Part shown: piece by piece, positions 9,163 to 19,604 of the stretch
How positions within the stretch are numbered: the stretch's first letter is position 1
Layout: each line of letters begins with the position of its first letter
DNA from: an uncultured Solirubrobacteraceae bacterium
Lineage (GTDB): Bacteria; Actinomycetota; Thermoleophilia; Solirubrobacterales; Solirubrobacteraceae
Length of the DNA: 64,000 nucleotides
Assembly: GCA_964588985.1 (NCBI GenBank)
Contig: CAZPQW010000006.1
Coordinates: 32,001 to 96,000, forward strand
Reading direction: 5' to 3'
Translations under genes and position numbers: made by a program
Notes under the pieces: model-generated
What the model saw: only the letters and a program-made list of their open reading frames with translations
The model's database searches: none
What the model was told of the DNA's origin: nothing

Positions 9163-10230
9163 TTAGTTCGTAGTCACACTGCTGTGGGTCGCTATACCTA
9201 AGCGACCCACAGCACCACTCCCGAGTCCACCTGGGCCAGTCTGCGCCGCCAACTGCCCACAAGCCGCGGCAATATCCCTTCCCCGAGTCAACCGCACCGT
9301 CGCGGGTATGCCGTTCGCTTCGAGCGTCGTCCGGAACGCCGCGATCGACTCCCGGCTGGACCCCTCGAACTCCGAATCGGTGGGGTTATACGGGATCAGG
9401 TTGACCTTGAAGATCGACTGCTCCTCGTCCCGCCGTTTCAAAGCCCTCGTCAGCGCCACCGCCTGCTCGTAACGGTCGTTGACACCAGCGAGCATCACGT
9501 ACTCCACGAACACCCGCCTGCGCTTGCGCGCATAGAAAGCCCTACACGCCTCGATCACGTCCGCGAGCGGGTAGCGGTCGTTCACCGGCATCAGCTCCGA
9601 TCGCAGAGCTTCCTCGGCCGCGTGCAGCGACAGCGCCAGCCGTATCGGCATCTCGGACTCGGTCAGTCGTTCGATGCCGGGGATCCAGCCGACCGTGGAG
9701 ATCGTGGTGCGGCGGTGCGTGACGCCGATCTCAGGCAGCCGCTCGCATGCCTCCAGCACGTTGTCGAGGTTCAGCATCGGCTCGCCCATGCCCATGAACA
9801 CGCAGTGGTCGATCGCTTCGGTGCGGCGGAAGTGAAGCGCCTGCTCGAGGATCTCCGAGGCGGTGAGGTTGCGCGCGAACTTCATCTTGCCCGTCGCGCA
9901 GAACCTGCACGTCAGCGGACAGCCGGACTGCGAGGAGACGCAGATAGAGCGCCGCCCGTCGCGGAAGCGCATCAGCACCGCCTCCAGCGGCCGCCCGTCT
10001 GGCGTCGCGAACAGAGCCTTGACGGTGCCGTCGTCGGAGTGCGCTTCCTCGCGGAGCTGCAGCGCGCTGAACGGGAGCTCGCGCTGCAGCGTCTCGCGCA
10101 GTGCGGCAGGGATATTCGTCATCTCCTCATAGCCGTTCGCCCCGCGCGTCGCCCACGCCCAGATCTGGCGGGCGCGAAAGGCCGGCTCTCCGCGGTCGGC
10201 GAGGGTCTGGTCGAGCAGCTTCAGATCCAT
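9163..10230 (-). CDS. rlmN: 23S rRNA m2A2503/tRNA radical SAM methyltransferase RlmN
   Basis: CVSSQSGCPLTCRFC, FMGMGEP, NLIPYNP, RGRDIAAACGQL. Confidence 0.95.
   Translation of the reverse strand: MDLKLLDQTLADRGEPAFRARQIWAWATRGANGYEEMTNIPAALRETLQRELPFSALQLREEAHSDDGTVKALFATPDGRPLEAVLMRFRDGRRSICVSSQSGCPLTCRFCATGKMKFARNLTASEILEQALHFRRTEAIDHCVFMGMGEPMLNLDNVLEACERLPEIGVTHRRTTISTVGWIPGIERLTESEMPIRLALSLHAAEEALRSELMPVNDRYPLADVIEACRAFYARKRRRVFVEYVMLAGVNDRYEQAVALTRALKRRDEEQSIFKVNLIPYNPTDSEFEGSSRESIAAFRTTLEANGIPATVRLTRGRDIAAACGQLAAQTGPGGLGSGAVGRLGIATHSSVTTN
9180..9214. terminator. Perfect 14-bp stem hairpin near the junction of converging genes (possible bidirectional terminator)
   Basis: TGCTGTGGGTCGCT-ataccta-AGCGACCCACAGCA; no U-tract. 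Confidence 0.5.
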
Positions 10231-10250
10231 GGGGCCTATGGTGGCAGCAC

Positions 10251-10946
10251 ATGCGCCTCGCCAAGTACCTCGCCCACGCCGGCGTCGCCTCCCGGCGCGC
10301 CGCCGAGACGCTGATAGCGGACGGTCGAGTGAGCGTGGACGGGGCGCTCGTTACCGATCCCGCGCACGACGTCGGTGAGGACGCGCGCGTCGCACTCGAC
10401 GGGCGCCCGGTCGAAGGCGCCGAGCCCCGGGTGCTCTACGCCCTGCACAAGCCCGTCGGGGTGGTGTCCACCGCGCGCGACACGCACGGGCGCAAGACCG
10501 TGCTCGACCTCGTACCCGCGCGCGGGCTGCGCCTCTACCCGGTGGGGCGTCTCGACGCTGACAGCAGCGGCCTGATCCTGCTCACCAACGACGGCGAGCT
10601 CGCCAACCGCCTCACGCACCCGCGCTTCGAGGTCCCCAAGACCTACCGCGCGAAACTCGCAGGGCCGCCCGTCACCGACAGGGCTCTCCGTTCGCTGCGG
10701 GCAGGCGTGCAGCTCGAGGACGGCGTCACCGCGCCCGCGCGCGCACGACGCGTCAGCGAGCACGTGATCGAGCTGACGATCCACGAGGGGCGAAACCGCC
10801 AGGTGCGGCGCATGTGCAAGGCCGTCGGGCACTCCGTCGTCGAGCTCACCCGGATCGCCTTCGGCCCGCTGGAGCTGGGGGAGCTGAAGCCCGGCGCGCA
10901 CCGGCGCCTGAGCGAGGGGGAGCTGCAGCGGCTGCGCGACCTGTAG
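10251..10946 (+). CDS. rluB: S4-domain pseudouridine synthase (RsuA/RluB family)
   Basis: MRLAKYLAHAGVASRR, YPVGRLDADSSGL, EGRNRQVRRM; true start is the ATG at 10251. Confidence 0.9.
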   Translation: MRLAKYLAHAGVASRRAAETLIADGRVSVDGALVTDPAHDVGEDARVALDGRPVEGAEPRVLYALHKPVGVVSTARDTHGRKTVLDLVPARGLRLYPVGRLDADSSGLILLTNDGELANRLTHPRFEVPKTYRAKLAGPPVTDRALRSLRAGVQLEDGVTAPARARRVSEHVIELTIHEGRNRQVRRMCKAVGHSVVELTRIAFGPLELGELKPGAHRRLSEGELQRLRDL

Positions 10947-10988
10947 CTGTGACGCCTGTTTTTAGGGGTTCTGCCACAATCGCCGCCA

Positions 10989-11354
10989 ATGCGACTCTTC
11001 GCCCTGCGGGGGGCCATCAGCGTTGAGCGCAACGACGCGCAGGACATCCTCGGCGCCACCACCGAGCTGATGCAGACGATCATGGATCGCAACGCGCTCT
11101 CGCCCGCAAACGTCGTCAGCTGCATCTTCACCGCCACCCGCGACCTCAACGCCGAGTTCCCCGCGGTCGCCGCGCGCGCCCTCGGCTTCGAGCTCGTGCC
11201 GCTGCTGTGCGCCCAGGAGATACCCGTGCCGCGCTCGATGCCGCGCGTCATCAGGGTCCTGATCCACTACCACGCCCCCGAGCACCACATCCCCGCGCAC
11301 GTGTACCTCGGCGACGCGCGAGAGCTGCGCGCGGACCTGCACGCGGCACAATAG
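10989..11354 (+). CDS. aroH: Chorismate mutase, AroH type
   Basis: ALRGAI, FTATRDLNAEFPA, HVYLGDARELRADL. Confidence 0.92.
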   Translation: MRLFALRGAISVERNDAQDILGATTELMQTIMDRNALSPANVVSCIFTATRDLNAEFPAVAARALGFELVPLLCAQEIPVPRSMPRVIRVLIHYHAPEHHIPAHVYLGDARELRADLHAAQ

Positions 11355-11358
11355 GCGC

Positions 11359-12441
11359 GTGGCGATCGAGTTCTCACAGCGCATCCGGCGCATCCCCACC
11401 TACCCCGCCGCGGGCGGCTACGCCCAGCAGGAGCCGCTCGTTCGGCTTGCCTCCAACGAGGCGCCGTTCCCGCCGCTGCCCGAGGTGCGCGCCGCGATCG
11501 ACCGTGCGATGGGCACGCTCAACCGCTACCCCGACCCCTCCAACTCGCTGCTGCGCACGCGCATCGGCGAGCGCTACGGCCTGCCCAGCTCGCGGATCGC
11601 GATCGGCAACGGCTCCTGCGACATCCTGCTCGCCGCCGGCGAGGCGCTGCTCGAGCCCGGCGCGGAGATCGTCTACGCGTGGCCGTCGTTCTCCGTCTAC
11701 CCGCACCTCGCCGCCGCCTCCGGCGCGCGCGCGATCACCGTCCCGCTCGACGCCGATGAGCGCCACGACCTGCCCGCGATGCTCCGCGAGATCACCGTCG
11801 CGACGCGCCTCGTGATCGTTTGCAACCCCAACAACCCCACTAGCACCGCCCTGCCGCTCGCGGAGATCGCGGAGTTCGTCGCGGAGGTTCCGCCGCACGT
11901 GTGCGTGATCGTCGACGAGGCCTACTGCGAGTTCAACCTGCTCGACGACCCGGACGCGTCGATCGACCTGCTCGCCGCGCACCCCAACCTCGCGCTGCTG
12001 CGCACCTTCTCCAAGGTCCACGGGCTGTGCGGGCTGCGCGTCGGCTTCGCGCTATGCGGATCGGAGGAACTGCCGCGCGCCCTCGACCAGGTACGCCAGC
12101 CGTTCTTCTGCAACGCGCTTGCCCAGGCCGCCGCCGTCGAGGCGCTCGCACACCAGGACACGGTGATCGACCGCGTCACGCGCACCGTCGCCGAGCGCAT
12201 CTCCGTCGACGAGCGCCTGCAGGCGCTCGGGCTCACCGCCGCCGAGTCACAGGCGAACTTCTGTTGGGTGCACCTCGGAGACGATCGCGACGAGGCGCAG
12301 ATCATGCGAGGCCTGCAGGAACGCGGCGTGCTAGTGCGCGCCGGCGCGGCGCTCGGCAGCGACACGCCCGCGCTGCGCGTCACCTACGGGCTGCCCGAGG
12401 AGAACAGGCGCTTCCTCGACGCGCTCGCCGAAGTCCTCTGA
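11359..12441 (+). CDS. hisC: Histidinol-phosphate/aromatic aminotransferase
   Basis: LASNEAP, NRYPD, CNPNNPT, VDEAY, RTFSKVHGLCGLRVG. Confidence 0.9.
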   Translation: MAIEFSQRIRRIPTYPAAGGYAQQEPLVRLASNEAPFPPLPEVRAAIDRAMGTLNRYPDPSNSLLRTRIGERYGLPSSRIAIGNGSCDILLAAGEALLEPGAEIVYAWPSFSVYPHLAAASGARAITVPLDADERHDLPAMLREITVATRLVIVCNPNNPTSTALPLAEIAEFVAEVPPHVCVIVDEAYCEFNLLDDPDASIDLLAAHPNLALLRTFSKVHGLCGLRVGFALCGSEELPRALDQVRQPFFCNALAQAAAVEALAHQDTVIDRVTRTVAERISVDERLQALGLTAAESQANFCWVHLGDDRDEAQIMRGLQERGVLVRAGAALGSDTPALRVTYGLPEENRRFLDALAEVL

Positions 12442-12508
12442 GCGTTATCGCCGTCTCTCATTCCTTTACCGCGGCGCGATTGTCTGCTACAACGCACTGA
12501 GGACGACC

Positions 12509-12592
12509 ATGAACACTTCGGCTCCCGCAACCTCACGCCCCACCCTCGCGTATGCCGCCTGGTCGCTCCGTCACGCCTGGCGATTTAGCTAG
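12509..12592 (+). CDS. Putative leader peptide MNTSAPATSRPTLAYAAWSLRHAWRFS (aromatic amino acid attenuator)
   Basis: GAGG SD before the ATG; Tyr, Trp, Trp and Phe codons clustered near the stop; lies directly upstream of DAHP synthase. Confidence 0.65.
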   Translation: MNTSAPATSRPTLAYAAWSLRHAWRFS

Positions 12593-12770
12593 GCGCTTCG
12601 GCCCGCACCCGTTCGTGAGCGGATGCAGATGGGTCGCAGGGGTCCCGTCGGGGACCGAGCGCCACTCACGCGGGTGCGATTTGCGCCCTCCCTCACGGAG
12701 CCGGACGAGCGTCAGCTGAAGCGCGGATGCTCGGCACCTCTAACATCCCCCAGGCGTCAGTGAAAGGATG
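12573..12770 (+). promoter_or_regulatory. Structured leader RNA upstream of aroF
   Basis: Stems CGCACCCG(12604-11)/CGGGTGCG(12671-78), CGTGAG/CTCACG and GGTCCC-gtcg-GGGACC. CATCC(12744-48) can pair with GGATG at the aroF SD (12766-70). Confidence 0.55.
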
Positions 12771-12775
12771 AATCG

Positions 12776-13810
12776 ATGATGATCGTCATGAAAGAGACCG
12801 CGACCGAGGAAGAGGTCGCCGCGGTCGTAGCCAAGATCGAGCGAGCCGGCGCGCGGGCGCACCGCAGCTCCGGCGCCCGCGTGACCGTGATCGGGGCGAT
12901 CGGCGACGTGGAGCAGGACGCGAACATCGAGAGCCTCGGCCTCGAGGGCCAGCCCGGCGTGGACAGGGTCGTGCCGATCCTCAAGCCCTACAAGCTCGCC
13001 TCCGCGCAGATCACCCACGGCGAGCGCACCGTGCTCGACATCGACGGACGCAAGGTGGGTGGAGAGAACTTCGCGCTGATCGCCGGGCCGTGCACGGTCG
13101 AGTCGCGCGATCAGATGCTCACCACCGCGCGGGTAGTGCGCGACGCCGGCGCGACGCTGCTTCGCGGCGGCGCCTACAAGCCGCGCACCTCTCCCTACGC
13201 CTTCCAGGGGCTCGGGCAGGAGGGGCTGCGGCTGCTCGCGGAGGCCAAGGCAGAGACAGGCCTGCCGATCGTCACGGAGCTGATGGACATCTCCGACCTC
13301 GACGCGGTGCTCGAGGTCGCCGACGTGATCCAGATCGGTGCGCGCAACATGCAGAACTACCCGCTGCTCGCCGAGATCGGCCGCTCCGGGCGCCCCGCGC
13401 TGCTCAAGCGCGGGCTGTCCGCCACACTCGACGAGCTGCTGATGGCCGCCGAGTACATCCTCAAGGAAGGCAACCCCAACGTGATGCTCTGCGAGCGGGG
13501 GATCCGCACGTTCGAGACCGCGTACCGCTTCACGCTCGACCTGATGGCGGTTCCCGTGTTGAAGGAGCTCACGCACCTGCCGATCATCGTCGACCCCAGC
13601 CACGCCGCCGGCCGGCGCGACCTCGTCGGCCCGCTGTCGCTCGCCGCTGCCGCCGTGGGCGCCGACGGGATAATCGTCGAGGTGCACCCCAACCCCGACG
13701 AGGCGATCTGCGACGGTCCCCAGGCGCTGAGGGCGGACGGCTTCGCGGAGTACGCGCAGACGGTCGAGCGCGCCGCCGCATTGGCTGGCAAGGCGCTCAG
13801 CGCCGTCTGA
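12776..13810 (+). CDS. aroF: DAHP synthase type I-beta with N-terminal regulatory domain
   Basis: [43 protein letters not shown]. Confidence 0.93.
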   Translation: MMIVMKETATEEEVAAVVAKIERAGARAHRSSGARVTVIGAIGDVEQDANIESLGLEGQPGVDRVVPILKPYKLASAQITHGERTVLDIDGRKVGGENFALIAGPCTVESRDQMLTTARVVRDAGATLLRGGAYKPRTSPYAFQGLGQEGLRLLAEAKAETGLPIVTELMDISDLDAVLEVADVIQIGARNMQNYPLLAEIGRSGRPALLKRGLSATLDELLMAAEYILKEGNPNVMLCERGIRTFETAYRFTLDLMAVPVLKELTHLPIIVDPSHAAGRRDLVGPLSLAAAAVGADGIIVEVHPNPDEAICDGPQALRADGFAEYAQTVERAAALAGKALSAV

Positions 13811-13835
13811 TGGGGCGCAGCACAGAAAGAGCTCG

Positions 13836-14927
13836 TTGAAGATCGCGGTCGTTGGCGTTGGCCTGATCGGAGGCTCGATCGGTCTCGCCGCGCGCGAGCG
13901 CGCTGGGGCCGAGGTGTGCGGGTTCGATCCCGACGAGCGGGTGCGTGCCCGTGCGCTGGAGCTCGGCGCGATCGACACGCAGGCCGCTGACATCGCCGGT
14001 GCGGTGGCAGGCGCGGACGTCGTGTTCGTGGCCGCGCCCGTCGGCGCGCTCGCCGAGACCGTGCGCCTCGCACTCGACGCCGCCGGCCCCGACTGCGTGG
14101 TCAGCGACGTGGGCTCCACCAAGCGCGTGCTCGCCGACGTGGGGGCGGACGAGCGCTTCATAGGCGGGCACCCGCTCGCCGGCGCCGAGACGGCCGGCGT
14201 GGAGCACGCGCGCGCCGACCTGTTCGACGGCGCCACCTGGTACCTCACGCCCGCCAAAGGCTCCACCGCGGGCGTCCTCTACGAGCGCCTGCATCGGCTG
14301 CTCGCCAGCTTCGGCGCGCACCCCACCGCGATCGACGCCGACACCCACGACCGGCTGATGGCGTGCGTGTCGCACCTGCCGCACGTGCTCGCCAACCTGC
14401 TGGTGACCCAGGCCGCGGGCGTGCTCGGCGGGGAGGAGTCCGAGCGCATGCCGGCCGTCGGGCCGAGCTTCCGCGACGCCACGCGCGTGGCCGGCGCCAA
14501 CAGCGCGATCTGGACCGACATCTACCTCTCCAACCGCGACGCGCTGATCGCGGCCATCGACGAGCTCACGGGGCGCCTCGGCGAGGTGCGCGGGCTGCTC
14601 TTGCAGGGCCAGGCCGCCGAGGTGACCTCGTGGAACGAGCGCGTGCGCGCCGAGCGCGACGCGCTGCTGCACACGGGCCTGCTCGACGGTGTGGACGACG
14701 GCGAGGCGCCGCGCGAGCTGCGCGCGTCGGTGCCCAACCGGCCGGGCGTGATCGCCGAGATCGCGCTCGCGCTCGGGCACGCGGGCGTGAACATCGCCGA
14801 CATGGCGCTCTCGCCCTCCGCCGACAACCGCCAGGGCGTCGTCGCGCTGTGGATCCGCGGCGAAGGGCAGGCGGCACGGGCCGGCGAGCTGATCTCCGGC
14901 CTCGGCTTCCCAGTCGTGCAAGCATGA
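13836..14927 (+). CDS. tyrA: Prephenate dehydrogenase with C-terminal ACT domain
   Basis: [34 protein letters not shown]; ACT motif [11 protein letters not shown]. Confidence 0.92.
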   Translation: MKIAVVGVGLIGGSIGLAARERAGAEVCGFDPDERVRARALELGAIDTQAADIAGAVAGADVVFVAAPVGALAETVRLALDAAGPDCVVSDVGSTKRVLADVGADERFIGGHPLAGAETAGVEHARADLFDGATWYLTPAKGSTAGVLYERLHRLLASFGAHPTAIDADTHDRLMACVSHLPHVLANLLVTQAAGVLGGEESERMPAVGPSFRDATRVAGANSAIWTDIYLSNRDALIAAIDELTGRLGEVRGLLLQGQAAEVTSWNERVRAERDALLHTGLLDGVDDGEAPRELRASVPNRPGVIAEIALALGHAGVNIADMALSPSADNRQGVVALWIRGEGQAARAGELISGLGFPVVQA

Positions 14928-14951
14928 GGGGTACGGCATGAGGGGCACGAG

Positions 14952-16265
14952 ATGAACATGCGCTTCGAGCCCGCCCGAGGACTGACCGGCAAGCTGCGCG
15001 TGCCCGGCGACAAGTCGATCTCCCATCGCGCCGCACTGCTCGGCGCGATGTCCTCGGAGCCCGTGCACATCGACGGCTACCTGCACGCCGCCGACACCAT
15101 CTCCACGCTCGACGCGGTGCGCGCGCTCGGCGCGCTCGTTGAGATCAACGGCAACCGGGTTGGCGCCGCCGAGGAGGTCGTTGTGCGCGGCACGGGCTTG
15201 CGCGAGGCGCGCGAACCGGACGGGCCGATCGACGTCGGCAACGCCGGCACCCTGCTGCGGCTGCTGCCAGGCTGGCTGGCCGCCCAGGACGGACGCACGT
15301 TCACGCTCGACGGCGACGAGTCGATTCGCCGCCGCCCGGTCGACAGGATCGCCGCGCCGCTGCGCCAGATGGGCGCGCAGCTGAGCGCGCGCGAGGACCG
15401 CTTCGCGCCGCTCGAGATCCGCGGCGCGCGCCTGCACGCGATCTCCTACGAGCTGGACGTGGCGAGCGCCCAGGTCAAGTCGTGCATCCTGCTCGCGGCG
15501 CTCGCCGCTGACGGCGCGACCACGGTAGGCGAGCCCGAGCGCAGCCGCGACCACACCGAGCGGATGCTGTTGCGCGCCGGCGCGGCGATCCACCGCAACG
15601 GCAAGCACGTGACGGTCGTCAACGCCGACGAGCTGCTGCTCGAGCGCGTGACAGTCCCCGGCGACCCCAGCTCCGCGGCGTTCATGATCGCCGCCGGCGT
15701 GCTCGTCCCCGGCTCGCGCCTGCTGCTACGCGATGTCGGCGTCAACTGGACCCGCACCGGCTTCATGCGCATCCTGCGCCGCATGGAGGGGATCGTGCTC
15801 GGCGACCTCGAGGACGAGACCGGCGAGTTGATCGCCGAGGAGCCGATCAGCGATCTCGATGTCGCCCACGGAGCGCTCGAGGGCACCGTCGTCGAGGCGG
15901 ACGAGGTGCCGCTCGCGATCGACGAGCTGCCGCTGGTCGCGCTGCTCGGCTGCTTCGCCGAGGGCGAGACGGTCGTGCACGGCGCCCAGGAGCTGCGCAT
16001 CAAGGAGTCCGACCGCATCGCCGTGGTGGTCGACGGCCTGCGCGGGCTCGGCGCCGACATCGAGGACAGCCACGACGGCTTCCTGGTGCGCGGCACCGGA
16101 GGATTGCGCGGTGGCACGATCGACGCGCACGGCGACCACCGCATGGCGATGCTGGGCGCCGTCGCGGGGCTCGCCTCCAAGGAGGGCGTCGAGGTGATCG
16201 GCATGGACGCCGCCGATGTGTCCTACCCGTCGTTCGTCGAGGACCTGAGCCGGCTTTGCTCATAG
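14952..16265 (+). CDS. aroA: EPSP synthase
   Basis: PGDKSISHR, GNAGT, ASAQVKS, RDHTE, KESDR, DHRMAM. Confidence 0.95.
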   Translation: MNMRFEPARGLTGKLRVPGDKSISHRAALLGAMSSEPVHIDGYLHAADTISTLDAVRALGALVEINGNRVGAAEEVVVRGTGLREAREPDGPIDVGNAGTLLRLLPGWLAAQDGRTFTLDGDESIRRRPVDRIAAPLRQMGAQLSAREDRFAPLEIRGARLHAISYELDVASAQVKSCILLAALAADGATTVGEPERSRDHTERMLLRAGAAIHRNGKHVTVVNADELLLERVTVPGDPSSAAFMIAAGVLVPGSRLLLRDVGVNWTRTGFMRILRRMEGIVLGDLEDETGELIAEEPISDLDVAHGALEGTVVEADEVPLAIDELPLVALLGCFAEGETVVHGAQELRIKESDRIAVVVDGLRGLGADIEDSHDGFLVRGTGGLRGGTIDAHGDHRMAMLGAVAGLASKEGVEVIGMDAADVSYPSFVEDLSRLCS

Positions 16266-16906
16266 CGATCGACGGCCCCGCCGGCGCCGGCAAGTCCACC
16301 GTCGCGAGGGCGCTCGCTCGCGAGCTCGGGTTCACCTACCTCGACAGCGGGGCGATGTATCGGTGCGTGGCGTTGTTGGGACTGGATCAGGGGGGAGGAG
16401 CATTGCCTGAGCGGCCCGGAGCACTGGGGGAGCTGGCGCGGGCCGCGGCGATCGATTTCGTCCCTGGCGACAGCGATGACGCGCCGAGCCGCGTGCTGCT
16501 CGCCGGGCGCGACGTGAGCGATCAGATCCGCACGCCCGCGGTGTCCGAGGCGGCATCGGTGGTCGCCGCCGATCCGGACGTGCGCGCCGCGCTAGTCGCC
16601 AAGCAGCGCGAGCTGATCGGCGCGGGCGACTGGGTGGCCGAGGGTCGCGACATCGGCACGGTCGTCGCGCCCGACGCGGAGCTGAAGATCTTCCTCACCG
16701 CCGACTCGAGCGAGCGCGCACGGCGGCGGGCAGCCGAGCTTGGCGCCGACGTCGCCACCGTGCTCGCCGAGCAGACGATGCGCGACGAGCGCGACAGCAG
16801 CCGCGAGCACAGCCCGCTGCAATCTGCCCCCGATGCGGTCACGCTCGACACGACGGGGCTGGGGATCGATGAGGTGGTGGAGCGGATCGCCATACTGGCC
16901 AGATGA
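16256..16906 (+). CDS. cmk: Cytidylate kinase
   Basis: [25 protein letters not shown]. Confidence 0.95.
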   Translation: MLIAIDGPAGAGKSTVARALARELGFTYLDSGAMYRCVALLGLDQGGGALPERPGALGELARAAAIDFVPGDSDDAPSRVLLAGRDVSDQIRTPAVSEAASVVAADPDVRAALVAKQRELIGAGDWVAEGRDIGTVVAPDAELKIFLTADSSERARRRAAELGADVATVLAEQTMRDERDSSREHSPLQSAPDAVTLDTTGLGIDEVVERIAILAR

Positions 16907-18255
16907 AGGTCGCCATCGTCGGGTACCCAAACGTGGGGAAGTCCTCGCTGATCAACCGCCTCACGGGCACCCGCGAGGCGGTCGTGCACGAGCGCCCGGG
17001 GGTGACGCGCGACCGCAAGGAGCTGGACTGCGAGTGGAACGGGCGACGTTTCACGCTGATCGACACCGGCGGCATCGACTTCGAAGACGAGGACCCGCTC
17101 GCGGGCTCGATCCGCGACCAGGCGCGCGCCGGCCTGGCGGACGCGCAGGTGGCCGTGCTCGTGGTGGACGCACGCGCCGGCATGCGGCCCGGTGATCAGG
17201 AGATGGCTGACCTGCTGCGCCGCTCCAAGCTGCCGACGATCGTCGCGGCGAACAAGTGCGACAGCGTCAACGAGCTGACCCTCGCCTCGGAGTTCCACGG
17301 CCTCGGCCTCGGCGACCCGCTGGCTGTCTCCGCCGCCCAGGGCCTCGGTACGGGCGATCTGCTCGACCGGATCGTCGAGCTGCTGCCCGAGGGGGAAAGC
17401 GCGGAGGCGGACGACACGGTCCGCCTGGCCGTGATCGGCAGGCCGAACGTGGGGAAGTCCTCGCTCGTGAACCGCTTCCTAGGCGAGGAGCGCGTGATCG
17501 TCTCCGATCTCGCCGGCACCACCCGCGACGCGATCGACATGCCGCTGATGGTCGGTGATCGCAAGATGATCCTCGTGGACACCGCGGGGATGCGCCGGCA
17601 GTCCAAGGTGGCCGACTCGGTCGAGTACTACACCGCCCTGCGCTCGCAGCGCGCGGCCGAGCGCGCGGACGTGGCGCTGGTCGTATGCGACGCCGCCGAC
17701 GGCATCACCGCGCAGGATCTGCGGATCGCGGAGCTCGCGATGAAGGCCGGCTGCGCGACGGCGATCGTGCTCAACAAGTGGGACGTGCAGGAGCCGGTCG
17801 ACAGCGAGACCGGCGGGCACCTGGACCTCGAGCACGAGCGCGCGCGGGTCGCCGCGAAGCTGCGCCTGCGCCCGCGGGTGCTGACCGTCAGCGCGAAGAC
17901 CGGCCGGCACGTGGCGCGGCTGCTGAACGAAGCGATCGCGCTCGGCGACCGCATGTCGGGGCGCATCCCCACGCCGGAGCTGAACCGCTTCCTGTCCGAG
18001 GCCGTGCAGGCGCGCCAGCCTCCGATCGGCACCCGCCGGGGCTCGAGCGGGCACCGCCTGAAGCTGATCTACATGGCTCAGATCGACGAGCGCCCGCCGC
18101 GCTTCGCGATCCAGGTCAACTCGCGCACTCGCGTGACCCGCGACTACGCGTATTTCATCGAGAACCGGCTGCGGGCCCGCTACGCGCTCGACGGGGTGCC
18201 GCTGATCATCGACTTCGTGGAGCGCGGCCAGCGCGGACGCGCTCGCGCCGCATAG
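16903..18255 (+). CDS. der: Ribosome biogenesis GTPase Der (EngA)
   Basis: Two G domains ([16 protein letters not shown]), DTGG/DTAG, NKCD/NKWD. Confidence 0.95.
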   Translation: MKVAIVGYPNVGKSSLINRLTGTREAVVHERPGVTRDRKELDCEWNGRRFTLIDTGGIDFEDEDPLAGSIRDQARAGLADAQVAVLVVDARAGMRPGDQEMADLLRRSKLPTIVAANKCDSVNELTLASEFHGLGLGDPLAVSAAQGLGTGDLLDRIVELLPEGESAEADDTVRLAVIGRPNVGKSSLVNRFLGEERVIVSDLAGTTRDAIDMPLMVGDRKMILVDTAGMRRQSKVADSVEYYTALRSQRAAERADVALVVCDAADGITAQDLRIAELAMKAGCATAIVLNKWDVQEPVDSETGGHLDLEHERARVAAKLRLRPRVLTVSAKTGRHVARLLNEAIALGDRMSGRIPTPELNRFLSEAVQARQPPIGTRRGSSGHRLKLIYMAQIDERPPRFAIQVNSRTRVTRDYAYFIENRLRARYALDGVPLIIDFVERGQRGRARAA

Positions 18256-18360
18256 ACTTCTGCGATCTTCGCTCGCGGGACTCGAGAGTCCCGCCGACCC
18301 TAGTCCCGTCCCGCACGTGTTTCCGCCCACCACGAATAGCTGGAGCTAATCGACCAAGTC

Positions 18361-19578
18361 ATGACTGAGCTAACCGAGAACGAGTTCCTGTTCACCTCCG
18401 AGTCGGTGACGGAGGGCCACCCCGACAAGATCGCCGACCAGATCTCCGACGGGGTGCTCGACGCCGTGCTGAAAGACGACCCCTACGGCCGTGTCGCGTG
18501 CGAGACGCTCGTGAACACCGGCCTGGTCGTCGTCTCCGGCGAGATCTCGACGAACACGTACGTCGACATCCAGGAGATCGCGCGCGAGACGATCCGCAAG
18601 ATCGGCTACACCGACGCCGACCTCGGGTTCTCGGCCGACTCCTGCGCGGTGCTCAACGCGATCGACAAGCAGTCTCCCGACATCGCGCAGGGCGTCGACA
18701 AGGCCTACGAGGCGCGCACCGACGCGAACGACGAGGACGAGCTCGACGTCGCCGGCGCGGGCGACCAGGGAATGATGTTCGGCTACGCCACAAGCGAGAC
18801 AGACACACTGATGCCGCTGCCGATCTCGCTCGCCCACCGTCTCGCCGAGCGTCTCGCGGCGGTACGCAAGTCCGGCACGCTCGACTACCTGCGCCCCGAC
18901 GGCAAGACGCAGGTCAGCGTGCGCTACCAGGACGGCAGGCCGGTCGAGGTCGAGAAGCTCCTGATCTCCACCCAGCACGCCGAAGGCGCCGAGGCGCTGA
19001 TCCCCGACGACCTCTGGGAGCACGTCGTCGAGCCGATCCTGCCGGAACACCTCTACGACGCGGCGAAGCTGCGCAAGAACTTCCTCGTCAACCCCACCGG
19101 CCGCTTCGTGATCGGCGGCCCCGTCGGCGACGCGGGCCTCACGGGGCGCAAGATCATCGTCGACACCTACGGCGGCATGGCGCGCCACGGCGGCGGCGCG
19201 TTCTCCGGCAAGGACCCCTCCAAGGTCGACCGCTCGGCCGCCTACGCCGCGCGCTGGGTCGCCAAGAACATCGTCGCCGCGGGTCTCGCCGACCGCGCCG
19301 AAGTCCAGGTCGCCTACGCGATCGGCGTCGCGCACCCCGTCTCGGTGATGGTCGAGACGTTCGGCACCGAGAAGGAGGGCCGCACGCGCGGGCAGATCGC
19401 ACGCGCGGTCGACGAGGTGTTCGACCTGCGCCCGGGGGCGTTCCGGGAGGAGCTCAACCTGCACCGCCCGATCTACCAGAAGACCGCCGCGTACGGGCAC
19501 TTCGGTCGCGACGACCACGACTTCACGTGGGAGCGGACCGACAAGGCGGACGCCCTGCGCGCAGCCGTGGGGCTCTGA
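18361..19578 (+). CDS. metK: S-adenosylmethionine synthetase
   Basis: [28 protein letters not shown]. Confidence 0.97.
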   Translation: MTELTENEFLFTSESVTEGHPDKIADQISDGVLDAVLKDDPYGRVACETLVNTGLVVVSGEISTNTYVDIQEIARETIRKIGYTDADLGFSADSCAVLNAIDKQSPDIAQGVDKAYEARTDANDEDELDVAGAGDQGMMFGYATSETDTLMPLPISLAHRLAERLAAVRKSGTLDYLRPDGKTQVSVRYQDGRPVEVEKLLISTQHAEGAEALIPDDLWEHVVEPILPEHLYDAAKLRKNFLVNPTGRFVIGGPVGDAGLTGRKIIVDTYGGMARHGGGAFSGKDPSKVDRSAAYAARWVAKNIVAAGLADRAEVQVAYAIGVAHPVSVMVETFGTEKEGRTRGQIARAVDEVFDLRPGAFREELNLHRPIYQKTAAYGHFGRDDHDFTWERTDKADALRAAVGL

Positions 19579-19604
19579 CCGCAGAGCCCCATAACCTCAG
19601 GGCG

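Noticed and set aside
12593-12775. T-box, tRNA or SRP RNA in the hisC-aroF gap
   Set aside because: No T-box UGGNACC bulge, cloverleaf or SRP loop was recognised. The leader-peptide model fits better.
18498-19604. Apparent 1022-aa PriA (and similar extended RsmB 906 aa, RibH 547 aa, CoaD 347 aa, YceD 376 aa, DprA 418 aa)
   Set aside because: The N-terminal extensions are stop-free off-frame reads through upstream genes. Homology starts at internal start codons, so these are not real fusions.
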